Shown here: in pieces, positions 50,801-64,000 of the stretch
Position numbering within the stretch: position 1 is the stretch's first letter
Layout of the letters: each line of letters starts with the position of its first letter
NCBI GenBank assembly: GCA_965285935.1
Contig: OZ260664.1
Coordinates: 91,884,001 to 91,948,000 of the forward strand
Length of the DNA stretch: 64,000 nucleotides
Origin: Ophelia neglecta
Lineage: Eukaryota
Direction: 5' to 3'
Position numbers and translations under genes: made by a program
Notes under the pieces: generated by a model
Database searches by the model: none
The model's input: the letters and a program-made list of their open reading frames with translations, nothing else
Told to the model about the DNA's origin: nothing

Positions 50801-52580
50801 AAATAACTGCTTTTTGAACACAACTAATTTACAATGATAACATGTTCTAAAAGAAAATCAATGGGGATATAGACAGGAGTGCCCGTTCATGGATATGACA
50901 CGAAAACCCTCGACAATGTTCAATTTTTGGATCGACAAAACTCGGGAGTTTAACCTCTTTCTTCAGGGTGTATGACGTTTATCCGCGTCGTATGGCAATT
51001 TATGCTCTGCCAGATGAAATCCTTTGGAATTACACCTGTTTTGCCATATTTATTTAGGTTTATTTCAGGATTGTACGCATCGTTCTAGAATTTAGCTTTG
51101 CGAATTGAAATTGTTTAGAAATTTTGATTTTTTCAGATCTTCAGGTTTTCATATTATATATCTTATATCTAAAGCCATGTAATTTTGCGAGCAGAATAAA
51201 ATCAAGATTCATTGTTTTCCATATATTTCGACATGAAATTTATTTTCGACAAAATTTCCTCGCCGTGTAAGGATAGACAGTGATATCCATCGGACAATTG
51301 GGCAACGAGAAATCACGGATAGGATATCTCGCTCACAGAAAGTATTCACGATTATCGCGTATATTACGCACCTTTCCTTCGTAAATGTCTTGACCTTATG
51401 TTCGACTATAACAATACGATAAAATATTTAATTTCAGAGTTTTCCTGAAACTAATAGCTTTTCAGAATATCGAGACATGTACGCCATTTTTGGAGAGGTA
51501 ATAAATTAATCACTTTTTTATATGGTATTAAAGCAATATAGCAGCTGTGTCGTCGTGCCAATAATTTCCTTTAATAGGTGTTTGATTTAAAGCAATCACT
51601 AGGTAATGGGCGCGCTTCCAGGCTCATTTACTCTTACAATCTTAATCTGTGAGGTTAGACTAGTAGTCCTATACACGAAAAAGTAATCAAAAATTAATAC
51701 CAGCTGAACCCCAATATCAATCCATCAACTTCTGATGGGTTGATTTATCAATAGTCTATGATGATTATTGATGCTGATGTATTGATAGACGTCCTGGAGT
51801 TACTATGGAATGATTTGCTCGGCTTTGAAGTGACGCACACCGCATACAAAAAGCGTAAATCTGTTCATTGTGATCGGTGACCAACAAGCCTTTATGTGGA
51901 GAGTGATGAACACACCTAGCCTCTATATGAGGTTGGGTTGGAGATCGGTCGATAATATTTACCAAGGTTTATAGGGATATTACAGCGTCGGCATATGGAA
52001 TCCGCCCAAACCTAGGGAGTCCTGCACGACATTTTTGCAGTGCTGTGTAAGAAATGTGTCCGACATTTCGTGGATGTCTTGGTCTCCATGGTCGTCTGAC
52101 AGGATTGTTTATCACAGCTGTACAAGCAAACATTGATACAAGCAAGCATTTTCATTGTTTCCTATAATGAGAGTTGCTTTTGGCACTAGCCATAGACACG
52201 TGTCAGAGGGCTGATTACTAAGCAGGATAACCACCTCGTTAGTGAAGCCTCGACACCATTGACTCCTGGCCATTCAGTAGGTCCCACAGGCCTACAGTAT
52301 TCGGGTGCCGATTGAATGGGTTTCGAAGCTCCATTCAATCAGTGCCTATCCTCTGAGTATGTATGTAGAGAATACTGAAAACCATACCATTGAAATGCGA
52401 GAACTATTTAACAATAAAATAATTGGTTTCTCCCAATGCTCTGGACGAAATCCTGTGATAAGAAACTTCCAATTGGCTCAAACAAAGTGTGAGAGGACAT
52501 GAACTATTAGTTGTGGAAAAGATTGTTTTACTGCCTTCCGAATAAACAGGTCATAATATGGATTCGCGGCCTTTACCCCA

Positions 52581-53752
52581 GAGATGTTATGCAATATTTT
52601 AAGTCGTACAATTGACTCGGAGCGATAGATTCGGGCAGATCTAATCACCAAGGCGCGCCTCGGTGATTCGACTGCACGGATCTACCGACCATAGCCAATT
52701 CTCCTACACTTAAAATATTTTTGTGACGTCACTCTATTCAGAGAGCAGTAGATTCGGAAGCACGAATCTACTGCAGACAGTAGATTCGTACACCCGAATC
52801 TACTGTCTACGGAATAAGGTACCAAAATGCGTGCCTCTCAGGCATCCAGCACGTTGAATCCAGTCATCATGCGAGGAAAAGTCTTCCATTCGTTAAACAG
52901 GTTAACGGCCCATTTACATTTGTCCATGGTAGACTTGGCGACGCTGTAAATAATAAAAACACATGAACGATCTGAACAATTTAATGAATACTGGCAATTA
53001 TAGAGTTCCTTCATAGGTATGGAAGTAACAGAAGAATAATTTTATATAAGAAGAGAAATGCCTCTCGTGTGTGTGTGTGTGAGGGTGTATAAATTAATAC
53101 ACATTTAACTAACCTTTTTTGAGCCATTTTGTTTACTTCGCCCTCTGTCAATGGTTTATTTCCAAAGCGCTTGCGGCCTGTCACTTCATCGTCCGAAACA
53201 TCTGAGCAAACTGGCTTGTACTGGTTTTTCTCTTCATTTGAAATGGTATTTTCCGATTTGTCAGGTATGCAAGGAAATAGATATTGATCCAATTCATCGT
53301 ATGTAGTATTCCCAATAATAGCGTCTTCGTCTAATTGACTGAATTTGTTTTGGGTCAGAAACATTTCCTCGCAGTCCGAATCCATGATGACTGGATTCAA
53401 CGTGCTGGATGCCTGAGAGACACGCACACACTAAATGAAAACTTCTCGTGTAGGCCTATGTGTCTACAATAAAAGGAGCCTTTCACCCTATTCATTGACA
53501 AGCATTGCACACAGTATACGGCGAGTTAAAGTCTGATTTTCCATTGTTAGTTTCCGAATCTACTGCTCAGTATCTCAAGCCACACTATACGACCATGCAA
53601 ACAAAGCCGTCACCCTTGAGATATTATGCAATATTTTAAGTCGGACAATTGACTCGGAGCGATAGATTCGTGCAGATCGAATCACCTCGGCGCTATCGCG
53701 CCTCGGTGATTCGACAGCACCAATCTATCGCTCCTCGTCAATTCTCCTACAC
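52581..53752. mobile_element. Crypton-like (tyrosine recombinase/DUF3504-type) non-autonomous element with large terminal palindromes
   Basis: Two ~135-bp palindromes (52581..52720, 53618..53752), a 44-bp internal inverted repeat, and a first exon resembling the N-terminus of DUF3504-type proteins; family call is inference. Confidence 0.55.
53114..53385 (-). pseudogene. Orphan first exon MDSDCEEMFLTQN..SDVSDDE..RFGNKPLTEGEVNKMAQKR, possibly a Crypton recombinase N-terminus
   Basis: ATG at 53385, acidic open frame, donor AG|GTTAGT at 53113; no downstream exon identified. Confidence 0.45.
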
Positions 53753-54232
53753 AGAATGACTCCTCCAACTGCTATAGTTCTAGCGCTTCTGATGACTAAA
53801 AAAAGACACATCTGCTATCCATGGTGCTAAGTAATGTCGTTTCTCGTCAAGGGACACAATCGAAATAGTTCTCGTCACCAAAACTGTTTATGCTTCCTTT
53901 CCAGAAAATTGGGAAATAAGATGGTGCCATATAATTATTTTTGGCTGAATATCTATTTTAGGCCAATGAGAATATCTCTTTGTGGCGCCATTACACATGT
54001 TTTTATTTGTCGATCTCAATTATTTATTATGTGCGTTCAATGGAAATGCTTTTTTAAGTTGCTGGGAGCCATTAAAACACAGAAAATGATCATGTTTAGA
54101 ACTGGTCACCAATATATAGATACCTCAAGCTTAAATTTGCTTGTTCACACGTCCTACACTGTGCCACCAGTCGTGCGAATGCGTTCCACAAACATAACGG
54201 CCGATTAAAGACGTATTACAGTTGACCATATA

Positions 54233-54361
54233 CAGTCTGCACATAATACGTCCTAATACGCTGACGGGTGCCGTCGGCGGTCGATTTCAGTGTGCGTATT
54301 CTGCGCGTACCATCTCCGTACTACGGACGCCGAATACGTACGAAATACGCGAGCGGGACTG
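54233..54361. mobile_element. Possible small Tc1/mariner-type MITE (TA-CAGTC..GACTG-TA)
   Basis: CpG-rich 129 bp with CAGTC/GACTG ends flanked by TA; imperfect further symmetry. Confidence 0.35.
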
Positions 54362-56252
54362 TACGAGCACACAGTGGAGCATCGATGTAAAGCTTTTTGG
54401 GATACTCGGGCCTATGCAACGTACATACATGAAATTATGTCCGTTCTCTCAATACCGTTAACATAAAAAGCGGCGCGCAAGTTTCTGACTTTTTCTGCAT
54501 CTTCCACCGCACTCTGCCAAATGTGGATTCTTTGCTCGTACACATTGGCTCGCTGGGCAACATTGAAGACAATTTGCTTTATATTCATGATCTGATGTCA
54601 TCAGTGCCTCTCTCAGTGCACGATATCAAAGAACTGAACGAGTTGCGTGTCTGCTGGCACTTATGTGGCGATCAAAACATAAATCATCAAAAGGAAATAG
54701 TACGCATTTAGCTCGCCCATTAAAAGTAGGATATACGATACATATACGATACAAGGCTTACATGTACGTAGCAAAAATGATATAAAGGTTAAATAAGTCT
54801 AAATATCCCATAATTATCATCTGCTCTATGCGGTATATGGCCTTTTGCAATCAATAACAGCAGGAGGTGGAAAATGCCGTTCCAATACCCAAGGGTTGAC
54901 TGTGAAACTAACCCCGGAAGTAGATTGCCGGAGCTACAGTTAAGGCTAGTGAACAACACGACATGAGCCTCCCACACAAATGGTTCATGACGTGCATTAT
55001 CTAAATGCATACAGTGTCAATTTAAATTGCTGCCAACACTTGCGAGTAGCTTGTCATTACTATGACTCATAGATAAAAAACGCTATGCTGTCGGATAAAG
55101 GCGACATTAAAGATCTAGGTCAATTGCATAGTACAAGGAAATACAGCAGCGTTCCTGTGTCATTTATCTGTCATTAGTGGTCTTCGGGTAGGTAAAACTC
55201 TCTTTGTTAAAGCATACGCCCAATGAACGACAAGTAAATTCCCACAAAACCCTGGGGCAGGTGTCGGGTTTTATAACATTTTTATACTTCTGTGTCTAAT
55301 TACACAGTGGTTTTACCTTGTAAGCTTATTTCTTAAGCCCCGATGACACTGATCACTTGGTCTATTTTACTAACTAAGGCTCTGGTTGCCAGGCAATGGC
55401 ATTCTTTTAATGGCATATCATCGGCTGATTGTCAATAACCGAATCGATAGGATATGGGAACCCATTCAGAATGCAGGAAGCTGGCCAGTAGTGCGTGTAT
55501 GCAAATACACCATTTCCGGTAACATATCTCATCAAAGCCTATTCATGTCACCCCTCACCTTTACATTATGACCGAATATATTTAACGATAAGCAGATATA
55601 CTTCCCTTTACGCCCGATCATAATAAAGAAGAAAGAAAGTTATTAGATGAAAACAAATCAAAATCTGCGATCAAGACAATGCTGATGATTTTACAAACCA
55701 GAATATTGACGATGTTAATACCCAAATCTCGAATCCTGTGTAGACTAGAGGTCATTAAATGTTAGTATTTCAAATCAAACCGTAGAGTAACACTAGGGCG
55801 TTGGGGGGGGGGGGGGGGTACCGGGTAGATATAGAATGGTACAAAGTCGAAAGAGTTATCTCTTCCTCACAGACCTAACCAGTCCAATCAGATAGTTAGG
55901 AATGGATAAGGGACAAGCATAATCAGCCTGGCCATCGCGAGCGGGAGGAATGCTGGCATAATAGAGCACGTTCAGCCGATAGTAAAGTACGGCAGGCATA
56001 TTTAGATAGTGCTCTTTTCAACATGTATAACCTGTTGCCTAAAAGTAAGAGTTATAATCCCAAGCACTCAGGCGAGGGTTAATATAATTGCTGGACTTAT
56101 ATGAGGGTCAATAGCTTAGTGTCAGGGTTATACTATAGTAATTAAATGGTCAAAATTAGGTTTAGAGAAAATATAATCTAATTATTATCCATTTATCGGG
56201 GGAAGACTGCCTCTTCTCACAGGGAACGCACGGCAATTCAATACGTATAATG

Positions 56253-56880
56253 GGTCAGACTTGCTCAGTCTAATCAGCAAATGGTCCGACTTGACCCATG
56301 TTATCAGTACTGTAACTGGTCAGAAGTGTACAGTCCAGTCAGTAAGGGGCGACTTGACCAGTCCAACCAGTAACGCGGCGGACATGAACAGTCTAATCAG
56401 TAATTGGTCAGACTTGAACAGTCTTATTAGTAGTTGGTCAGACTTGAACAGTCTAATCAGTAATTGATCAGACTTGAACAGTCTAATCAGTAATTGGTCA
56501 GACTTGAACAGTCTAATCAGTAATTGGTCAGACTTGAACAGTTTAATCAGTATTTGGTCAGACTTGAACAGTCTAATCAGTAATTGGTCAGACTTGAACA
56601 GTCTGATAAGTAATTGGTCAGACTTGAACAGTCTAATCAGTATTTGATCAGACTTGAACAGTCTAATCAGTATTTGGTCAGACTTGAACAGTCTAATCAG
56701 CATTTGGTCAGACTTGAACAGTCTAATCAGTATTTGGTCAGACTTGAACAGTCTAATTAGTTACGTTGCAGACCAGTTTAATCGGAAACGGGTCAGACTT
56801 GACTAGTCCAATCGCTAATGGGCCAGTCTTGGCCAATCCTAATCCGTAAAGGTTCAGACCTAGCTAGCCTAATCAGTAAA
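56253..56880. repeat. 30-bp minisatellite GACTTGAACAGTCTAATCAGTAATTGGTCA (about 13 conserved units 56381..56760 plus degenerate flanks)
   Basis: Exact 30-nt period; 12 units start with GACTTGAACA from 56411 to 56741. Confidence 0.95.
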
Positions 56881-59800
56881 ACCGGAAGTGATACTGGACA
56901 TAATGTACAGCTAAGCATCAATACAGCATACTTTAAAACCTGATTAGACATAAATACGATAGACACAGATACGAAAAAAGTTTAAGTTTGGTCATTACAG
57001 GGTTGGGGGAGAGCTTTGCTATCAGCCCATGTGAAACAGTCCAAACGTAACCCTTACTCCTATCTCAAACCTATACTGACTCCTTTGGCGGCGGTACAAT
57101 CAATATACCTTTCCTTGTTCCATGATATTCATAAGCATTCCTGTGTAATCAATATGATTGAAGCATTGCGAAGTCCCTTAAGGCCCCTTTGGTATGCAAG
57201 AACTTCTCTTGACTGAAATATATGTCGTGCCATAATTTGAACAAAGTCAATGAGTCTTGTATATGCAGCAGATTTGAGTTGCATAAGGTTCTAGCAACAT
57301 ATTTGAAGTATCGAAAAACAGCATGTGGTCCATTTTATATAAGAATTTCGTATCTTATGAATGATTCTGAAATAGTGAATGAACGAAAAATTGGTCATCA
57401 ACTGGATGGGTGGTTGAGTAGTGATATGCCAGGGGCCGCTCGTCCCGGAAGAAATTACCTAGCTACCAAGATTCCAGTTACAGGCCACTGCTGAACCTAG
57501 CTACTGTTTTATACCATGGCTAACCTTTTTTTTTGGAATTTTTAAAAATAAAATTGGCCATAAGTAAGGAAAATAGTCCACTTGGCTTGGGATCAGACGT
57601 GTGGAATATGTGGACAATTGCTGGTGACCAGACACATTTGGAACACAGCACTCAAAATAAAAGTAATTGAAGCAGTGATTCACATATGTTTAATTGTGAA
57701 CACATCGAAGTCGAAGGTAGGCCTGTATATCTCAAGCTTGTACTCAACACAGTTCAATACACTTAAAGACCATACCTATATACACTACAGAAACTGATAT
57801 TACAATCAACCGAGATATTGTGCTAATAGATGTGACTTTGTCCCTTTGTATCCCGGTCTAGGCATCGCAGTTCGGGACACGCTTAGCATACGCTGAATTT
57901 CACTTGATTAGTTGACAATAAACTTTAGCTGATTTTGCGCCGACACTTGGGGCCCCGGGCACGCGAACGTGTTGAATTAATCACCATCAAGCAACTCGAC
58001 CAGGTCTCTTGCAACCTACTTTACTGTCAATATGATTTTTTACCAAGGCAACAGAGAAGTGCCATACCTTTATTTCTCCCTCATGGTATAAACATCGCCT
58101 GGAAGACAAGAAGACGTTGATCTGATGGTAAAACAATAAACTTTGACCGACTTCCACTGAGACTTAATTGTGTAAGCAAACAGATTCATTATTCATCCTC
58201 AAGGAGTCATATGGGCCTGGAAATAAGGCCGAAGAACACCAGGAAAACAAACTCATTAAGAGGGTCTAATGGAAACACAATCCTACTACTAATGCACAAG
58301 GCACTTATTTGATTACCATCAATCACTTTATACTGGTTCATCCAGTTTAAATGTCCGCCGTTTAACGTAAACATCAACATTTTATCCATATCTGTCGTAG
58401 TCAGGTTGGTAAGGCGTTTGGTTATTTTGCCCAGCACTCACTAATTAAGTAAGCTGGTTCGATTTGAAACTTTCAAGAATCATACTTTTGGGTGCATTTT
58501 CAGTTCTCTCAATTACACCTATGAAAACCACGACGTTTATCCACGACGTTGCTTGTATTAACTAATTTTTTAAATGGGGCGTAAAAATACCCGAAGCCCG
58601 AAGTGCAGAGGATAATCTCGGCACATTGAAATAGTGAGTTAATGAACGGGAAGGAGTGCATTCGATAACTTAAACCTTTTCCCGCACACTGGTGATTTTC
58701 TTTCTACAAAAATGCGCATTTATTATATGTATCCGACAAATAGTTCCAGTTCATAGGTAAATGGGTCAGTCATATGTGTTAAGCCATGCGGACTGAATGA
58801 GTAGATCATGTTTGTTTCGTTAAACAATCCTCCCGCTTTTAAATTTTAAATTAAACATGTGGATTTATTTCCCGGCGGTAGGACCAAACTTATTACTTGC
58901 ATTGACAACAAACAATATCTAAAGTCCTATACACAGTATATGCCACGTTTTAACATGCAAAGGTATTAATGCCTTTATTTAACTTGGACATTGATATCCG
59001 ACCAGGACTTGATGAACTGTGCTCAAGATACTTAACTGAAGACCAATGTTAAAGAAATTTCGAGTGTGGCAAAATGATGTGCCATTCCTACAAGTTGATG
59101 TGTTTTTATGTTTAAATCTTACCTTTTTTGTTATTATGTGCCAAAGGTTATCTTATTTGATGAGTTTTAAATTCTCCTGTTATTTGTTGTCAGGTAATTT
59201 GTTATTTCTTGTTATGTAATATGTTCACGGGAAGGCCCTGAAGCCAGGTAGTATAGACGGGCAACGTTAGAGCCAAATCACTAAACCCTTATCCGGAAAT
59301 AAGGTTAATTTAGTTGCTGTGCGCTTGCACAATTAACTTTTACAACCTTCTCTGGCCTTGTGTTTATTGGAGCTAAGACCATCATAGAGTCCATCGTCAT
59401 AGAGACCATCATCTCTCTCCTATGTTGACTACTGACTCGATTATTTCGTCTTCAGACCAGCATAATGGACACCTGTTGACTACTTTCCATAGCATGGGTA
59501 TCGAGATTGTGTAATAAAGTTTTCTTTACTCTTCGGGAGCTGGGGATGGATTGATTGAAGTGTGCGGGTCTTTGGCTACCGTTTCCTTATCATTTCAGAC
59601 TGATTTATGGACAGTTTTGGAATAATAATTTGCTTTGTTGGTCGAGTATCCAGTCCAGTTTGTTTTGCATAATTCATAAGGGGTTACTAATGGACCAGTA
59701 TCTTGGACATTTTACATCAGAAACCTCCATAATTAGGACATTTATAATTATGGTTTCGACTGCAATACTGACTACTAGATATATTCTTTCTCCAAATTTG

Positions 59801-62800
59801 GCCCCCTGTTTTAAGGTATATATATATTGTTTTTTGTCAATATGTCCTCGTCGGCCTGATATCCGATTTGGATTCCTTTAATGTCCATTGATTCGTTCGG
59901 CATCGTGAACAGGAATATGTTTAATATTGAAACACATTGCGGCGTGCATTTATTTGAGGCCTTGCTTAATTCTGAATAAAGCATAACAGCGGGAGGCATG
60001 GCTGCATCAAAACAACAACGAACACAGGCAGTTCATACAGATTACATAAAGGTACAGACAGGATATTCCAATATAATCGTGAAGGAACAAAACATATATT
60101 AGAATTCAGAATATTTGACATGGTTGTGCCTTTTTAGGGCAAAATCCCCGTCTGCATGGGCCTAGAATCGGGTTTTTCGACGAAAAAGAAATGTATGAAA
60201 AGATAGTAATCACATCAGTTGCATGCCTCAGTTTCCTTGAAGTTGCTACAGCATTTTTTTGTGTATAAGAGTGATATTATTGGGTTCCAAGAGGGATTTA
60301 AAGGTTTTCTAAAATATGTTAGTCAGGTGATTGACCGTATCTATACAACGACTTTCAAAGCTAAATCTGGATCATGACCGCTGCCTGGGATCTATGTCTA
60401 ATGAGAGGGAAATAAGCTGAGACCATTAGCCACGGCCGGCTCCCTTGCGATACGCACCTGCTCAACTGGCTCCTTGGCAAAGGCGAGACTTTTGACCGAG
60501 GAATAATTCTACAACACATAAAACGGGTTCCCCACGGATGGGAGAATTATCTGGTCAGATGGACAGGTCAAACGATAAATGTTCGCAAGACCGTGCATAG
60601 TATTATACCGCCAGTAGAGCAAAAAAAGGAGGATTTTAAAAAAGAAATAGGCTAGTAAGCGTTGTTTTAATAAAATATTTGTACTTATTATTCTTTCATT
60701 TATTGCTGAAAGTGTTTTAAATAATAATCCTTTTCTATATTAAATAGTACAATAAATCTCACTTAATAATATTGCATGCGGTTTCCGACAAAGAAACATT
60801 AATTAATTCATTATTTGATGTTTGTCTTACTCTTAACTCCACTCATAAATTGGGCGATAAAATATTTATCAATCTAGATGTAGCAAACTGTTAACGGTAT
60901 ACTATGATCAAAGCGCCTCTGTTCAATAATAAATACAAAACCGAAATATTATTCCAGAAAAGCACAGTTTTATATATATCGTTATGGTGTGTTTGTGAAG
61001 CAAATAAATATTTTGTTTTCTACGAAATTCCGGCGGAGATGTCCCATGCATTGTAGTCCTAGTCGGTGTATGACTTGCCGTTTGCACAGACTAACGATGC
61101 CAGAAATACGAGCTATCCATGCTACCCCATAAATCATTCCCTGGTCTAACAATACAATACTAATGTTAAGACCAAATTCCAGGATAATAAGACATAAGAT
61201 TTGATGCGAAAGATATTTCTGCTTTTAAAGTTTTTTCTGTTTTAATTTGTTTTCTTTATGCGACACATTTTTTACTGTAAAATTACCTCTGCTATGGCTT
61301 AAGCCTGTGCTATGTGAATCATTTTCAGTTATAATATTGTCGTTAGCCTTTGAAAATACGCAAAATGCTTTTGTCGCAGAGAAGGAAAAGTAATGATTGC
61401 ACGATATTGTTTGAAGTTATCATATTATATATTGATTACAGTTACTATTATTTCTTGCTATCAGATATGGCTGCGATGATGGATTGTTAGACTATTATTG
61501 CCGTATGTGGCTGCGGGCGGCTCCCTACGAATGTGAGAATTGTCTAATCAGATAGATCGGTCAAACGACGAGTGAAATGTTTTTTTGGTTAACGCGTCAT
61601 GATTAATGTGCATGTCTCTCACTGGACGCCCTAGCGCATCATTTGTAATAATAAGTTTTCATTGGTCATTTCTTGCGATAGCCAGAAGTCAAATATTGAG
61701 ATTTACAGAGAGCTAACGTTACTTTCCTCGTAAACGAATTCACGCGCTGTACAATACAACCAAGCTTGGGGAAATTGGTTGAAGCTTTGATTTAAAGGCT
61801 TCGACAGCCTAGGTAGATATCTTGCTGCTCGGCAATTGGTTCTTAAGCGTATTTTCGTATAAAAGGAACGCTCTGTCTCAGCAGCTAAGATTCTTGGCAT
61901 TGGAACCATGAAAAGATGCGCTGATTTGACCGAAAGAGAAACGTGGATGTTAGTAAATATCAACAAGTTCCTAGATTTACAATGGACACAGGCCACAAAG
62001 TACCTTAAATATCAAAAAAGGCCATATTGATACTATTAACCAGCTTATAAAAAGGCGTATGTCTATTGACATGGTTTAACGATTTGCTGAAGTCAAAACA
62101 GGCATTCACAAATAGTAAAACCTCAAATAAGTTGACGCAGTGTCAGGCCTGCCAATACGAACATGTAATCATGTGATCCCCACTGAATTCCCCATTGTAA
62201 ACATCTAGTCTACTGTACTAGCTGGTGTATAGATCAATGATCACATCTACTACGTGCTGTCTCCGAAATGTATAGCTCCAGTCTCGTCCGAATCGCTGTA
62301 GTACTCGGACCTTAAATGAATATACAGATCTTTCTGTTTTCACCGAGCTGTTTGTCTTTTGAATATTAGATCGTTTGCAATCTATTTCACCAGAAGCATG
62401 AAGGTGAACCAATCACTGCTACGTTCAAGGCAACAGTTTTTTTTAAAGATGTCGTTAGCAGCAGAAATACCCATATGGGCAAGATTTAATGGACTAATCT
62501 GCATGTTAATGGATCTAGCCATTGCACCCATGTCTTAATAAGCTATTGTAACATGGAATAATAAGGTAGATACATTTGTAACTAAGTTTGAACCGTTTTA
62601 ATATCTAATGCGTATTTTGCAGTTTTAGATAGAGCCGTCATAAGCGTATCAATCATACACTAACTGTTGATAGGTTGCACATTGAAACAAAAAGGTGCTC
62701 TTTCTGCATGTATATCGATGGCGGAATATAGAAATATTGTCGATTGACTTGTGGGATATTTTAATGTTTAGAACATGGAATCAAATTTGCTGACATGTTT

Positions 62801-64000
62801 ATTGAAGGTGCCTCGCCGGCGAACGCGGTAGAAAGTGTTCCTAAAAAAATGTTAACTCTATGAGTCTATGGTCAAACTCAGGGCCGACTACCGTTAGAAG
62901 CACTCGATGAAATTATTAAAACCAGTAGACTAATTTTCACCCATTTCTTTCCCACCTTGTAAATCATGTTTGAATCCACGTGTGAAACTGTCGTGATTAG
63001 AAAATATACATTATCCTCTTCGGTCGCCTTTGCCGCCTGAAGTTAAATCAATATTGTAGACATGATATTTATATTTTCATTAAGTAATCTCCGCAGATAA
63101 ACATCGCCATAGTAGGCAAAGCTGCAATGTTACTCGGCACATGATCGGTTTGGACATATGTAGCTCCCTCTGGTGGGAATAAGAACTTTCCGATTATAGC
63201 ATCTTGCTTCAGACGGAAGAGTTAATGCTTTAATTCCGCATCTGCTTTCGGGTGAGTTCCATATTACTAAAGAGAAAATTGTCTGCTCGGCGAGGGCAGA
63301 CCATTCCACAAGGCACACTATGCTTTCTGACTGCACTACTATTTTACTAATTTATTCACACTGTAAAGAATTGTAAGTATACTAATCTCCTTGCAGTTGA
63401 AGGGCAAGCCCCATACCAAATCTAAAAGTTGGTGGGTCTCTGTATTGGGTATAAGTCGCGCAACACAATGACACGGAGCTCTATTAAGTATTGTTTAACA
63501 AAACAAATGACAATCTGAGAATTGTTTTGCATTCTAGCGCAGAGCAGTGGCTTTCACGGGTCATCAGCGTGGGCTTACAGGAATACCTAGAAAAACAATC
63601 AGATTTTCTGTTTATGAACCAGAAGACCAAATAACCTGTTTTCAGACTGTTTTACAGTAATACTATTATTCCAAGATGGCATGAGGATGTTGTCTTGTTT
63701 TGTCGCTTGCTATTGAGCAGTGACCTTTTTCACTGCAGAGTTGACGCCGAATCGTGTATGGGCATGTTTGGAATGTTGTTCTATGGGACAATATCCCCAC
63801 GCTCAACATGTTTTTAATCGTATAAATTGGTTCAACCTAGCTGATCCAATCACTTTTTGAATATAAATCAAATTGGTTTACCCAAATTTGCAAACGATGT
63901 CTGTTCGAGGTTTGGTCTGTGGCGTGTTTAAGCTAAAAACCAATAAATGGCATTTAGCCGAACTTTTTATCTTATGTATATAAGGCTTAGCTACAATCTC

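Noticed and set aside
56320-56703. 127-aa repeat protein (LIRLFKSDQL)n or CRISPR array
   Set aside because: By-product of a 30-bp tandem repeat; no spacers, no cas genes, eukaryotic context, no splice or start support.
59811-62008. TTAA-GGTA..TACC-TTAA as a Kolobok/piggyBac-like element
   Set aside because: The inverted match does not extend beyond 4 bp inside the TTAA; likely chance.

Overview
Eukaryotic (invertebrate metazoan-type, AT-rich, transposon-dense) genomic window, not prokaryotic. Two host genes are supportable. (1) A four-exon GNAT acetyltransferase of the NAT16/histidine N-acetyltransferase family on +: join 2629..2940, 11533..11639, 12073..12196, 18256..18861 gives 382 aa with consistent GT-AG phases. 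Its terminal exon is tandemly triplicated: two intact, spliceable versions (18256..18861 and 21950..22555) and one 5'-truncated copy. (2) A globin with an uninterrupted CDS and an N-myristoylation-type start (MGGGQS) at 31854..32645. The acetyltransferase introns hold a TA-flanked Tc1 (DD34E) element whose transposase has three phase-0 spliceosomal introns, an internally deleted Gypsy LTR element (tRNA-Ala PBS, gag-TAG-pol in frame), and a full-length but decayed CR1/L2-group LINE (ORF1-TAG-ORF2 in frame, 7-bp TSD supported by an empty site in the duplicated copy). The rest contains a Gypsy integrase relic, a 5'-truncated LINE, several MITE/foldback elements, minisatellites, an assembly gap, and a palindrome-rich Crypton-like (tyrosine recombinase-type) element at about 52.6-53.75 kb. 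All alignments and counts were done by eye and no database searches were run.
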